From IMG/VR virus record IMGVR_UViG_3300027278_000424: DNA of 20,000 nt; one strand, written 5' to 3'. The translations under genes were made by a program, and so were the position numbers. The notes under the pieces are model-generated. The model worked only from the letters and a program-made list of their open reading frames with translations. It had not been told where the DNA came from and searched no databases. Of the stretch, positions 8,060 through 16,608 are shown in pieces (position 1 is the first letter of the stretch; each line of letters starts with the position of its first letter). Origin of the DNA: an uncultured virus (IMG/VR IMGVR_UViG_3300027278_000424) (lineage: Duplodnaviria > Heunggongvirae > Uroviricota > Caudoviricetes).

Positions 8060-8410
8060 ATGAAAATTAAAGAGCTACTTTTAGGAGCCGTGTTATTTAC
8101 TCTCGGACAGAGCATAGCCTGGTACCAGACTAATGGGCAATTTATAAGTAGTTGGATAAAAGAACATCCGTTACTTATGTCGGCAATAGTTGGAGTACCT
8201 GTTGGGATGTGTTATATTTACGGAACAACGTACACAGTAAGTGCTTTTGAAGGAGAATTATGGCCGGCAAGAATTATAGGATTTACAACTGGTATATTTT
8301 CCTTTACAGTTCTTACTACACTACACTTAAATCAGACAATCGACCTTAAGACAGGTGTCATACTTAGTCTTGCAATTATAATTATTTTACTACAAGCTTT
8401 TTGGAAATGA
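8060..8410 (+). CDS. small 4-TM membrane protein (DMT/EamA-like size and topology)
   Basis: Four hydrophobic segments in 116 aa. Confidence 0.6.
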   Translation: MKIKELLLGAVLFTLGQSIAWYQTNGQFISSWIKEHPLLMSAIVGVPVGMCYIYGTTYTVSAFEGELWPARIIGFTTGIFSFTVLTTLHLNQTIDLKTGVILSLAIIIILLQAFWK

Positions 8411-9291
8411 ATTTTTTAGATAGTCAATATCAAGACCTCCTCAAATACATTATTGAGAAAGGTCAAATAAAAGAAGATAGAACCGGAACCGGAACATTAT
8501 CAGTATTTGGTAGACAATTTAGACATGAGATGTCATTAGGCTTTCCTCTCCTAACAACAAAGAAGATAGCAGTCAAAACTATGATGACTGAACTGAAATG
8601 GTTTCTAAAAGGAGATACTAATATCAAGTATTTAGTTGATAACGGTTGTAATATTTGGAATGGTGATGCTTATAAGAATTATAGAAATAAGTTTGAACCA
8701 GCCCCTTATCAATTTACTCCAGATACAATGGAAGAGTTCATCAACAAAATCAAAACCGATGATGAGTTCGCAGAGGAGTGGGGTGAGTTAGGTCCAATAT
8801 ATGGAAAGCAATGGACTGATTGGAATGGTATAGACCAGATATTAAATCTTCTTAACTCAATAAAGAAGAACCCAAATAGTAGAAGATTGATGGTATCGGC
8901 TTGGAATGTAGGTGAATTACATGAGATGACATTACCTCCTTGTCATTACGGATTCCAGATAAATGTTAGAGGAGAGTATTTAGACCTAATGTGGAATCAA
9001 AGAAGTGTAGATACATTTTTAGGAGTACCTTTTAATATAGCCTCATATGGTCTGCTACTTAGTCTAATAGCGTATGAGACAGGTTATAAGCCTGGTTCTC
9101 TCATAGGATCTCTAGGAGATACACATCTATACACAAACCATATAGAACAGGCGAAGGAACAGATAAAAAGAACTTCATTTGATCTTCCTACTCTTAAGAT
9201 TATTTCATCTGATATTCTAAATGGAGAGTTTGAAGTAGAGTTTGAGAACTATATTTCACATCCTGCAATAAAAGCACCTTTATCAAATTAA
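8401..9291 (+). CDS. thyA: thymidylate synthase
   Basis: DRTGTGT, FPLLTTKK, LGPIYG, LPPCH, QRSVDTFLGVPFNIASY, GDTHLY; start may be 8407 (ATGA overlap). Confidence 0.98.
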   Translation: MEMNFLDSQYQDLLKYIIEKGQIKEDRTGTGTLSVFGRQFRHEMSLGFPLLTTKKIAVKTMMTELKWFLKGDTNIKYLVDNGCNIWNGDAYKNYRNKFEPAPYQFTPDTMEEFINKIKTDDEFAEEWGELGPIYGKQWTDWNGIDQILNLLNSIKKNPNSRRLMVSAWNVGELHEMTLPPCHYGFQINVRGEYLDLMWNQRSVDTFLGVPFNIASYGLLLSLIAYETGYKPGSLIGSLGDTHLYTNHIEQAKEQIKRTSFDLPTLKIISSDILNGEFEVEFENYISHPAIKAPLSN

Positions 9292-9329
9292 AGTTTGTAG
9301 TCTGAATTATTCTTCTTATATTAAGGTAG
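9292..9329 (+). promoter_or_regulatory. promoter-like repeat, copy 3
   Basis: AGTTTG-N19-TATATTAAGGTAG, then AAAGGTTATG. Confidence 0.7.
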
Positions 9330-9347
9330 TTAAAAAAAGAAAAGGTT

Positions 9348-9713
9348 ATGCATTTAAGAACTACAAGAAGATTAGCTGAGAAGTATTTAAACAATTGTGA
9401 GAAAGTTTACGGATTAAGTAAGTTTCATGATAGCACTCCTTACATAGAGTTTCAACCTTATGTTCATTCTGTTTACACAGAAGATGATAATCCAATTGCA
9501 GAGTATATCTTTGACTATAATACTATTGTAATATACTATAAGAATATTCACAGTGCAGAAGATTTAGCTCAAACTATCGTTCATGAATACCAACACTACT
9601 TACAATCACCAAGCTGGATGACTAGATACTATAATATGGGCTTCTGTTATTCAGACCATCCATATGAAATAGCAGCATTTAATGAAGAGAAAAATTGGAA
9701 ATTAGTTGCTTAG
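9348..9713 (+). CDS. small HExxH zincin-like metalloprotein
   Basis: TIVHEYQH plus downstream PYEIAA. Confidence 0.7.
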   Translation: MHLRTTRRLAEKYLNNCEKVYGLSKFHDSTPYIEFQPYVHSVYTEDDNPIAEYIFDYNTIVIYYKNIHSAEDLAQTIVHEYQHYLQSPSWMTRYYNMGFCYSDHPYEIAAFNEEKNWKLVA

Positions 9714-9761
9714 TTAAAGTACATTTCACTATTTATTAAGAACTAAACTAAACTAGAATAT

Positions 9762-10574
9762 ATGGCATGTGGTTGTGGAAGATCTCCAGACGGATGTAGA
9801 GGCTGGCACTCTTTAACAGAAGAAGAATTCAAAGTAGAATATGATGCGTTTCTAAAAGAAAAAGATGGTATCTTAAGAGTAAAAGAGGTAGAACATTATA
9901 CCGATACTCTATTCAAATTCAAGTTAACTAAAACAGACGAATATAAATTTAAGGCCGGACAGTTTACAATGTTAAATGTAGACGGTGCACCAAAAAGAGC
10001 TTATAGCTATACAAGTGGTCCGGAAGATGATTTTATAGAGTTCTATAGTATAAAGGTACCAAATGGACCTCTTACAAGTAAGCTTCAGAAGATACAAGTA
10101 GGAGACTTTGTAAATGTTTCTCCAAAAGCTACTGGAACACTCATAGTAGATAATCTTACAGAAGGAGACGATTTATGGTTACTTGCTACAGGAACTGGAA
10201 TTGCACCATTCATTAGTATGTTATGTGATCCTTTAACTTACGACAGATTTAAAAACATTCATGTTGTATGGTCGGTAAGAGTAAAAGAAGAACTAGACGC
10301 TTTTCATGATTGGTTAGGAAGTATAGGAATAGATTATATTCCAATTGTTACTCGAGATGATAGATGGGAAGGAGAGAAAGAAAGAATAACAACTCTTATT
10401 CAAAGAGGAGACATAATGAAAGATAGTACTCCAGATAATGATAAAGTAATGCTATGCGGTAATATGGACTTCAACAAAGAGATAAAAAATCTACTTGTTG
10501 ACGAAAGAGGATGGGTAGAAGGTAATAGTAGACAAGCAGGATCATTTGCTTTAGAGAAAGCTTTTGTTGGATAA
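9762..10574 (+). CDS. fpr: ferredoxin/flavodoxin-NADP+ reductase with N-terminal CDGSH-like Fe-S motif
   Basis: FKAGQF, RAYSY, GPLTSKL, ATGTGIAPF, MLCG, EKAFV; N-terminal CGCGRSPDGCRGWH. Confidence 0.9.
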   Translation: MACGCGRSPDGCRGWHSLTEEEFKVEYDAFLKEKDGILRVKEVEHYTDTLFKFKLTKTDEYKFKAGQFTMLNVDGAPKRAYSYTSGPEDDFIEFYSIKVPNGPLTSKLQKIQVGDFVNVSPKATGTLIVDNLTEGDDLWLLATGTGIAPFISMLCDPLTYDRFKNIHVVWSVRVKEELDAFHDWLGSIGIDYIPIVTRDDRWEGEKERITTLIQRGDIMKDSTPDNDKVMLCGNMDFNKEIKNLLVDERGWVEGNSRQAGSFALEKAFVG

Positions 10575-10575
10575 A

Positions 10576-10614
10576 AAGTTGCTGCAATGGACTATTATTC
10601 TTATATTAAGGTAT
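10576..10614 (+). promoter_or_regulatory. promoter-like repeat, copy 4
   Basis: AAGTTG-N20-TATATTAAGGTAT. Confidence 0.75.
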
Positions 10615-10634
10615 AATTAAAAATAGTAAGAGTT

Positions 10635-11033
10635 ATGACAACAGCAAAACTTTATTTAGTTACTTTTGAGTATGAAGGTACAAAATTTTTCAAAGTAGGT
10701 ATTACAGAAAAAGGAGATGTAATGGATAGGTTTAAGTACTCTATACTTAAATATAAACTAATGAACTTTAAAATACATAAGTCCTCTTGGTTTAAATCTT
10801 TGGAAGCAGCAGAGAAAGCTGAACAAAAATGCTTTGCAGACATTAAACAAACCTTTCCAGAAAATAACTATGTTGATGCTCAAGGGAACCACTACTTCCA
10901 TAATAAGTGGTTAGATGAAAAGATAAATGGTATAACTGAAATCAGAGTATACAATGGAGAAGAGTATAAATTTGCATGGAATTTTGTACATAATAATGGA
11001 GTAAATAAATATAAGGATTTAGTAGGTTCTTAG
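10635..11033 (+). CDS. GIY-YIG-like (T5orf172/MUG113-like) protein
   Basis: LYLV...FKVGIT...DRF...AEKAEQ...TE pattern. Confidence 0.6.
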   Translation: MTTAKLYLVTFEYEGTKFFKVGITEKGDVMDRFKYSILKYKLMNFKIHKSSWFKSLEAAEKAEQKCFADIKQTFPENNYVDAQGNHYFHNKWLDEKINGITEIRVYNGEEYKFAWNFVHNNGVNKYKDLVGS

Positions 11034-11058
11034 TAAACTTATTCTTATATTAAGGTAT
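11020..11058 (+). promoter_or_regulatory. promoter-like repeat, copy 5
   Basis: TAGTAG-N20-TATATTAAGGTAT. Confidence 0.75.
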
Positions 11059-11072
11059 AAATAATAAGGGTT

Positions 11073-11366
11073 ATGAAAGCAGAAAAACATTATCAAGAGT
11101 GGTCTTTAGAAGAGTGTAGAGTTTATTTCAAAATGTATCTTGAATTAATTAAAAGGAGAGATGTTAAAGAAGTAAGAAAAGAGTTAGCCGAATTTTTTGG
11201 TAGGACTTATTCAGCTATAGGTTTCAAAGAGAGAGAAGTAGTAGGAGTGTTGACTGAAGGTCAACAAGGAATTTATACTTACGGTGAGAATATGGTTACA
11301 GCTACTAACGAAGCATTAGAAGCTTCTGGTATGAGTGTTATACGTTTTAAAATGTTATTCGAATAA
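11073..11366 (+). CDS. hypothetical protein, possible Myb/HTH-like DNA-binding domain
   Basis: WSLEE...ELAEFFGRTYSAI resembles a helix-turn-helix. Confidence 0.55.
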   Translation: MKAEKHYQEWSLEECRVYFKMYLELIKRRDVKEVRKELAEFFGRTYSAIGFKEREVVGVLTEGQQGIYTYGENMVTATNEALEASGMSVIRFKMLFE

Positions 11367-11367
11367 T

Positions 11368-11766
11368 ATGGCATTATGGGATGTAGATGGAGAGATAGTG
11401 TATACAGAAGGTAGCCTGTCTCTAACGCCTGAAAAGGCAAATGCTTTATTTGTTACTCGTCATCGATATAAAATACCTTATTCAAATGTCGGTATGGGCG
11501 GTTTTGTTAAGACTGATAGAGGAACTTTTCATACTCCTTCTTGGATACAAGTTCATCCTCAAACTTCTTTTGAAGATTTAGAAGTAGAAAAGAAACCTTT
11601 CGAAGAGTTGTTTGTTGAAGAAAAGAAATGGGAGTTTAAATCAGGCTCTTCAGATAAAGTATATACTGTTAAACATAATAAGAGAGGAGAACTTTCTTGC
11701 GACTGTATGGGGTATATTGGTCATAGAAAATGTAAACACATAACAGTAGTTAAAGAAAGCTTATGA
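11368..11766 (+). CDS. SWIM zinc-finger protein
   Basis: YTV...SCDCMGYIGHRKCKH (CxC-xn-CxH); start moved to 11368, just after the upstream stop. Confidence 0.8.
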   Translation: MALWDVDGEIVYTEGSLSLTPEKANALFVTRHRYKIPYSNVGMGGFVKTDRGTFHTPSWIQVHPQTSFEDLEVEKKPFEELFVEEKKWEFKSGSSDKVYTVKHNKRGELSCDCMGYIGHRKCKHITVVKESL

Positions 11767-11984
11767 GAATAATTATAGAGTATTTTGTTTGGTATATACT
11801 ACCGGGACTATTTTGGGCAGGATTTTTGGAGTGGTTTACAACTACCAAATTAGAAGGTATATTTGGACAGCCTTGGAAAATGCCGGAAAGATTAATGCAT
11901 TCATTTTTATGGCCGCTATCATTCTTAAAGTTTGCAATCGAATTTCTAAAAGGTTTATTTGGATACTATGACGAAGAAGAATAG
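11763..11984 (+). CDS. small membrane protein
   Basis: Hydrophobic, Trp/Phe-rich 73 aa; ATGA-coupled. Confidence 0.65.
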   Translation: MRIIIEYFVWYILPGLFWAGFLEWFTTTKLEGIFGQPWKMPERLMHSFLWPLSFLKFAIEFLKGLFGYYDEEE

Positions 11985-12504
11985 AAATATAGGTTTACTC
12001 ATTCTATTTTTACTTTTAGCTTTAGTTGCTATAATAGTATTTACATATAGAGAAAAGACATTTAATATAGTTGAATTAGGTAAAGAGAATGCTGTCTTAA
12101 ATAGAACAGACAAACCATATCTTGATACAATTGTAAGTGTAGGACTAAGTGAATTAGGTATTGCCGGAATTACTGTTCTAATAGACCCGTTAGAAAAAGA
12201 ATTAATTACTGGAGAGTTTGAAATTCAAGCTCATATAATCGGTACACAAAATCAATTCATTATATTTACAAATGAATTTTCAAGAGAGAAAGCTTTAGAA
12301 GTAATGTCTCATGAGTTAATACATCTTCAACAATATAATACTGGAAGACTTATTAAGACAAATGGAGGAGTAATTTGGGAAGGATATTATATACAGTCAA
12401 TAGATCAAATTCCATATTTAGCTCGTCCGTGGGAGTTAGAAGCTTTTGTATTAGGTGAGAATTTAGAAAGGACTTTGAAAGTAATTTTAATAAAAAAACA
12501 GTAG
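11959..12504 (+). CDS. membrane-anchored HExxH metallopeptidase-like protein
   Basis: N-terminal TM helix; MSHELIHLQQ...PWELEA. Confidence 0.75.
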   Translation: MDTMTKKNRNIGLLILFLLLALVAIIVFTYREKTFNIVELGKENAVLNRTDKPYLDTIVSVGLSELGIAGITVLIDPLEKELITGEFEIQAHIIGTQNQFIIFTNEFSREKALEVMSHELIHLQQYNTGRLIKTNGGVIWEGYYIQSIDQIPYLARPWELEAFVLGENLERTLKVILIKKQ

Positions 12505-12537
12505 GTTCGTATTATTATTTTTCTTATATTAAGGTAT
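12499..12537 (+). promoter_or_regulatory. promoter-like repeat, copy 6
   Basis: CAGTAG-N20-TATATTAAGGTAT. Confidence 0.75.
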
Positions 12538-12558
12538 AATTAAAAACAAATAGAGGTT

Positions 12559-13209
12559 ATGAAAAAGTTTAAAGGTTGGATTTTACTACCATTATTATTA
12601 TTAAGCTGTAACAAAGACACTGAAGAGATACTCGAAATACCTCAGAATGTTTACTGGTATCAAGACGAAATATATTCACAAATTGAAGATTCAGGTGAAG
12701 TACAAGATGTATTTAAGTCTTACTTAAGAGCTTTTATAGCTGACGCTCAAAGACATGGAGTAGATTTATCACACGTTAATATTGAAAATAGTAGATTAGA
12801 TTTAATTACAACTGATATTATTGCTTCAATTGGGTACTGTGACCCTACTAGAGCTCAATTAATCTGGAATGTAAATAGCTGGAATACAAATAAATTAGAG
12901 AGAGTAGGAGAGCCTACTAAAATCTATTTAATGTGGCATGAATTAGGACACGATTTATTAGGATTAGATCATGTTTGTAAATCCGGGCATATAATGACTG
13001 GAAGACATACTCCCTGTAAAGGCGATGGAAACGAAGGAGAGGAAATAAACCTATACGGACTCAGATATAACACCGTAGAGGATGTTAGGAATTTTAAAAG
13101 AGCGGTTGATGATATGTTTGCAATGTATGAACAGTACCATATGGACTGTAGAAATTCATTTTCTTCAAAAGGAACTGTAGAAATTCTGTCATGTAATTTA
13201 AATTATTAA
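12559..13209 (+). CDS. lipoprotein, metzincin-like zinc peptidase
   Basis: Lipobox LLLSC; HELGHDLLGLDH followed by a Met-turn-like HIM. Confidence 0.75.
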   Translation: MKKFKGWILLPLLLLSCNKDTEEILEIPQNVYWYQDEIYSQIEDSGEVQDVFKSYLRAFIADAQRHGVDLSHVNIENSRLDLITTDIIASIGYCDPTRAQLIWNVNSWNTNKLERVGEPTKIYLMWHELGHDLLGLDHVCKSGHIMTGRHTPCKGDGNEGEEINLYGLRYNTVEDVRNFKRAVDDMFAMYEQYHMDCRNSFSSKGTVEILSCNLNY

Positions 13210-13210
13210 G

Positions 13211-13423
13211 ATGTACACACCTCCTCCTCAAATACCAATATCTGTCGCATATAAAAAGAAGACAGGACAAAAAGTTTGGATCAAAACATTTACCGATCTA
13301 AGATCTCCAGACCGATTAATAACTAACCGTTCTACTTTACTTCCGGAAGGGAGTGATATTTTAGAGATAGGAGTTGGGAGTAATTTTGAAGCAAGCTACA
13401 AAAAGAAATATAAAGTTAAATGA
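13211..13423 (+). CDS. hypothetical protein
   Basis: 70-aa ORF abutting its neighbours. Confidence 0.65.
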   Translation: MYTPPPQIPISVAYKKKTGQKVWIKTFTDLRSPDRLITNRSTLLPEGSDILEIGVGSNFEASYKKKYKVK

Positions 13424-13602
13424 AGTTAGTATATACTCAAGAGACTATCAACTACATGGCTAAAATTAATCCTCAACTCATAGAAGATCTAGCCAAATAC
13501 GGAGCACCAGAACCAGTCGAACTATTAGATGATAAGGGAACTATAATAAACAAGTACTATCTATATAATATTAATGAAGATACTTCCGAACATATTAGCT
13601 AA
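13420..13602 (+). CDS. hypothetical protein
   Basis: 60-aa ORF, ATGA-coupled. Confidence 0.6.
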   Translation: MKLVYTQETINYMAKINPQLIEDLAKYGAPEPVELLDDKGTIINKYYLYNINEDTSEHIS

Positions 13603-14104
13603 AGAATATGTTTCTTCTATACTTTCTAAACAAAAGCAGTTAGGGTATAAAGGAAGAGAATCATCTCCTATACATTTGAATTCTGCTATTGTAGAATGGA
13701 ATATAGAAGGATATTGGAATAATGATGATGCAGTAGTACTTTCATTTGAAGATAAAGGCTTCGTATTTCTTCTATATACTTTTCAAAAGGATATAAACGG
13801 AACAGATAAACTCTACTGCGAAATAAGGCACATAGTAACATTAGAACAGTATAGAGGACAAGGTACCGGTAAGCAGTTAGTAGAAGCAACTGCAAAACAC
13901 ATGAAAGAGAGAGATTGTCAAATCTTAAAAGTCCTTTCAGATATTAAATCTAAAAACTTCTACATTAAAAATGGATTTGAGGTTTCCGGAATAACAAAGC
14001 ACGGACTATCCTACTTCTGTAATGATATTACTTCTAGGAGAAATGTTTCAATGCCTGCTAGTGATTTTCCTTTTATGACTAATTCTCCTAAATCAATATT
14101 ATGA
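13574..14104 (+). CDS. GNAT-family N-acetyltransferase
   Basis: IVTLEQYRGQGTGKQL (acetyl-CoA binding motif A) and FYIKNGF (motif B). Confidence 0.88.
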   Translation: MKILPNILAKEYVSSILSKQKQLGYKGRESSPIHLNSAIVEWNIEGYWNNDDAVVLSFEDKGFVFLLYTFQKDINGTDKLYCEIRHIVTLEQYRGQGTGKQLVEATAKHMKERDCQILKVLSDIKSKNFYIKNGFEVSGITKHGLSYFCNDITSRRNVSMPASDFPFMTNSPKSIL

Positions 14105-14622
14105 GAGGTATAATTAGAAATGTACTCAATCAATCTGATATAGACTCTATTTTTAAACTATATAATGAGTCTTCTAATATTGTTGAATTATATGGAGAGT
14201 TAAAAAATAGACATAACATTTCAAGTAATTTAGGAATGTTTCTTTTATCACATTTTACACAAAAAGAGTTTCAACCATTCCTTTCTAAAATTATACCTTC
14301 AATAGAAGCTAAAGAAAGAATTGAATTAGAAACTACTTCATGTAGGGTACTTAAATACACGAAAGATTGCTTTATTTCAAAACATAGAGACATTAAAACT
14401 TCAGAAGCCAATTCAAGCCTTTCGGTAATAATACAGCTCTCTAATCAAGATGAGTACGTAGGAGGAAAAGCGATTATAGACGGAGAAGAAAGTATACTAC
14501 AGCAAGGTGATTTAGAGTATTATACCTATAGTTACGAACATGAAGTTACTAAAATATTTTCCGGTTGTAGGTATGTTATTAACTTACGAATTAATATCAA
14601 AAAAGATTCAACTTTAATATAA
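14101..14622 (+). CDS. 2OG-Fe(II) oxygenase
   Basis: KHRD...SVIIQLS..EYVGG...HEVTKIFSGCRY. Confidence 0.9.
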   Translation: MRGIIRNVLNQSDIDSIFKLYNESSNIVELYGELKNRHNISSNLGMFLLSHFTQKEFQPFLSKIIPSIEAKERIELETTSCRVLKYTKDCFISKHRDIKTSEANSSLSVIIQLSNQDEYVGGKAIIDGEESILQQGDLEYYTYSYEHEVTKIFSGCRYVINLRINIKKDSTLI

Positions 14623-14625
14623 AAA

Positions 14626-14664
14626 AAGTTGCTAGAACGATTATTTCTTCTTATATTTAGGTAT
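14626..14664 (+). promoter_or_regulatory. promoter-like repeat, copy 7
   Basis: AAGTTG-N20-TATATTTAGGTAT. Confidence 0.75.
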
Positions 14665-14686
14665 AATAATTAAAACAAATATATCT

Positions 14687-14812
14687 ATGAAGTATCAAGC
14701 GATTTTAAAAAATGGAAAGAATGGAGAAAAATTATTTTCAACGCCAAAAAAAGCGGTTAAATTTTATCCCGGTCAAATTAAATTATTGAAAGAGATTTAT
14801 ATAGGGGGTTAA
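14687..14812 (+). CDS. 41-aa basic small protein, not in ORF track
   Basis: MKYQAILKNGKNGEKLFSTPKKAVKFYPGQIKLLKEIYIGG*; ATG at the usual distance from the promoter repeat. Confidence 0.6.
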   Translation: MKYQAILKNGKNGEKLFSTPKKAVKFYPGQIKLLKEIYIGG

Positions 14813-14847
14813 TAATAACCCCTTTTGGGGGTTAAAAAATAAAGGTT

Positions 14848-15402
14848 ATGTCCACATTAGAATTCTACCCTACACTTACTCCAATCGAAATGTTACAGGA
14901 AGGTATATTTGGAGGTTCATATTTCGGAGTAGAGAAGTTGCAAGGAGATCAAGATTACCTACCTCTCTTTGAAACGTTAGGAGATATAGATCCTGCTCTC
15001 TATTTAGGAAACAAATATAAACCTAAAGTAAATAAGTTCAAAGTACGTTCGGGAATGCCATATCAATATTGGGTAGATATGAAATGGATGCATGCAGATG
15101 ATCCATATGGTTGGTTTGAATGGTACATTAAATACTTCAACGGACGTAGACATCCAGATGACAATAGACAGATTTCTAGATGGCAGGACTTTGCCGGAAG
15201 GAATGGAAGATGGAGAAACAATATCTATAAGAAGATATATGATACAGGAGATTGGAATGTATCTCCTCGTATTCAGCAATCATTATTACATTGGGGATAT
15301 AAAGTTAATGAAGGAGATTATAACTTATGGTTAAACTCTATTCATAAATCAGATGAATGGTGTCAGTATGGCGGAATGCCTTCACCAAAAGCTTATATGT
15401 AA
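14848..15402 (+). CDS. conserved Trp-rich protein of unknown function
   Basis: LTPxEMLxxGxFGGxYF, DPYGWFEWY, GRRxxDDxRQIxRW, SPRIQQSLLHW; motif set recalled from a viral/eukaryotic family of unknown function (not verified). Confidence 0.75.
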   Translation: MSTLEFYPTLTPIEMLQEGIFGGSYFGVEKLQGDQDYLPLFETLGDIDPALYLGNKYKPKVNKFKVRSGMPYQYWVDMKWMHADDPYGWFEWYIKYFNGRRHPDDNRQISRWQDFAGRNGRWRNNIYKKIYDTGDWNVSPRIQQSLLHWGYKVNEGDYNLWLNSIHKSDEWCQYGGMPSPKAYM

Positions 15403-15416
15403 ACTTTTTTAAAATA

Positions 15417-15455
15417 AAGTTGGTCCGTATTGTTTTTCTTCTTATATTAAGGTAT
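15417..15455 (+). promoter_or_regulatory. promoter-like repeat, copy 8
   Basis: AAGTTG-N20-TATATTAAGGTAT. Confidence 0.75.
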
Positions 15456-15475
15456 AGAAATTAAAAATAAAGGTT

Positions 15476-15694
15476 ATGACAAATCCATTACATTACTTCA
15501 CATTTTCATTCAAAGACAAATCAACCAAAGAGTATGTTGGTTGGAATACTACAGTTGCTACAACAGAAGAGGAAGCAATTGTAAAAGCACAGCAGCAATG
15601 GGATACAGCTGAGAGTACTTACTATATCGATACAGCATCTTTTATTCAGCAAACGGATGAAGAAATGGTAGAGATGGTAAACTTTGCACTATAA
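15476..15694 (+). CDS. hypothetical protein
   Basis: 72 aa, AAAGGTTATG start after the repeat. Confidence 0.7.
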   Translation: MTNPLHYFTFSFKDKSTKEYVGWNTTVATTEEEAIVKAQQQWDTAESTYYIDTASFIQQTDEEMVEMVNFAL

Positions 15695-15695
15695 G

Positions 15696-15734
15696 TAGTT
15701 GATTATTTAATTTATTCTTCGTATATTTAGGTAT
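15696..15734 (+). promoter_or_regulatory. promoter-like repeat, copy 9
   Basis: TAGTTG-N20-TATATTTAGGTAT. Confidence 0.75.
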
Positions 15735-15745
15735 AGAAATTAAGA

Positions 15746-15806
15746 AATAAGTATTGCTTGCGGTTGGCAAAGCATGGATAAAGGCAGATAAGCCCATGCA
15801 CTTATT
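15746..15806 (+). ncRNA. candidate structured RNA leader (multi-stem)
   Basis: AATAAGT/ACTTATT closes TTGCT/GGCAA and GCATG/CATGC stems; GC-richer than its flanks. Confidence 0.4.
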
Positions 15807-15827
15807 CTTTTTTAAAAAATAAATGTT

Positions 15828-16211
15828 ATGCAAAATTACATTACAGTTTACGATTCATTAGACGCACCAGACACTTCTGGTTCAAGTTTAAAAGGACATT
15901 TAGGTTACGGCATTACTTACGGTATGTTAATTGAGTATTTAGGATTACCAACTTACCTTCCGGAAGATTCAGGAGACGGTAAAGTAAACTTTCAATGGGT
16001 AATAGAATTTGAAACTGCTAATGGAGGAACAAAAGTATTCTATATTTACGATTGGAAAACTGAATCTCCAGAATGGTCAAGACTGAATACTGGAACTAAA
16101 GAACAAGCTTCAGAATGGTTTGGAGGTTCAAGATGGCATGTAGGAGGTAAAACTTATGCTGGAGACTTTATCGATTTTATCGAAAAAGAAATTAAGGAAT
16201 TAGTTGCCTAA
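15828..16211 (+). CDS. hypothetical phage protein
   Basis: 127 aa; GDGKV..W...YIYDWK...WHVGG. Confidence 0.75.
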   Translation: MQNYITVYDSLDAPDTSGSSLKGHLGYGITYGMLIEYLGLPTYLPEDSGDGKVNFQWVIEFETANGGTKVFYIYDWKTESPEWSRLNTGTKEQASEWFGGSRWHVGGKTYAGDFIDFIEKEIKELVA

Positions 16212-16239
16212 TAGAAATATTCTTCTTATATTAAGGTAT
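16201..16239 (+). promoter_or_regulatory. promoter-like repeat, copy 10
   Basis: TAGTTG-N20-TATATTAAGGTAT. Confidence 0.75.
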
Positions 16240-16257
16240 AATTAAAAAATAAAGGTT

Positions 16258-16608
16258 ATGTTAAAAAATGTATTAGTAGTATTAGGATTAACAGTTTTAG
16301 CTTCATGTAATAGCGGGTTAAAGGTAGAAGATGAATATGGTTTTAATGAGAAAGATAAAACATATTTAATAAACGAACTTAAAAGACTCGTAATAGAAGA
16401 TGTTGAATCAGAAACCGATTTAATATTTACTGAAATCTCCATTCAGCCTACTTATGGTAAAATGAAAGATGATGGTAGATTTATTGTTAATGGAAGTATA
16501 TTCTATTCAATAGGTCCGTCAAATTATTTACAACCATTTATTGGTGAAGTGGACGGAACTATCCATTTAGCAGGTGCTGCTGTTAATGCAGACTTTTTTA
16601 AAAAATAG
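16258..16608 (+). CDS. hypothetical lipoprotein
   Basis: Signal MLKNVLVVLGLTVLASC (lipobox LASC). Confidence 0.75.
   Translation: MLKNVLVVLGLTVLASCNSGLKVEDEYGFNEKDKTYLINELKRLVIEDVESETDLIFTEISIQPTYGKMKDDGRFIVNGSIFYSIGPSNYLQPFIGEVDGTIHLAGAAVNADFFKK

Noticed and set aside
11789..15334. Nested + strand ORFs 11789..11971 and 15092..15334
   Set aside because: They lie entirely within better-supported genes in another frame.
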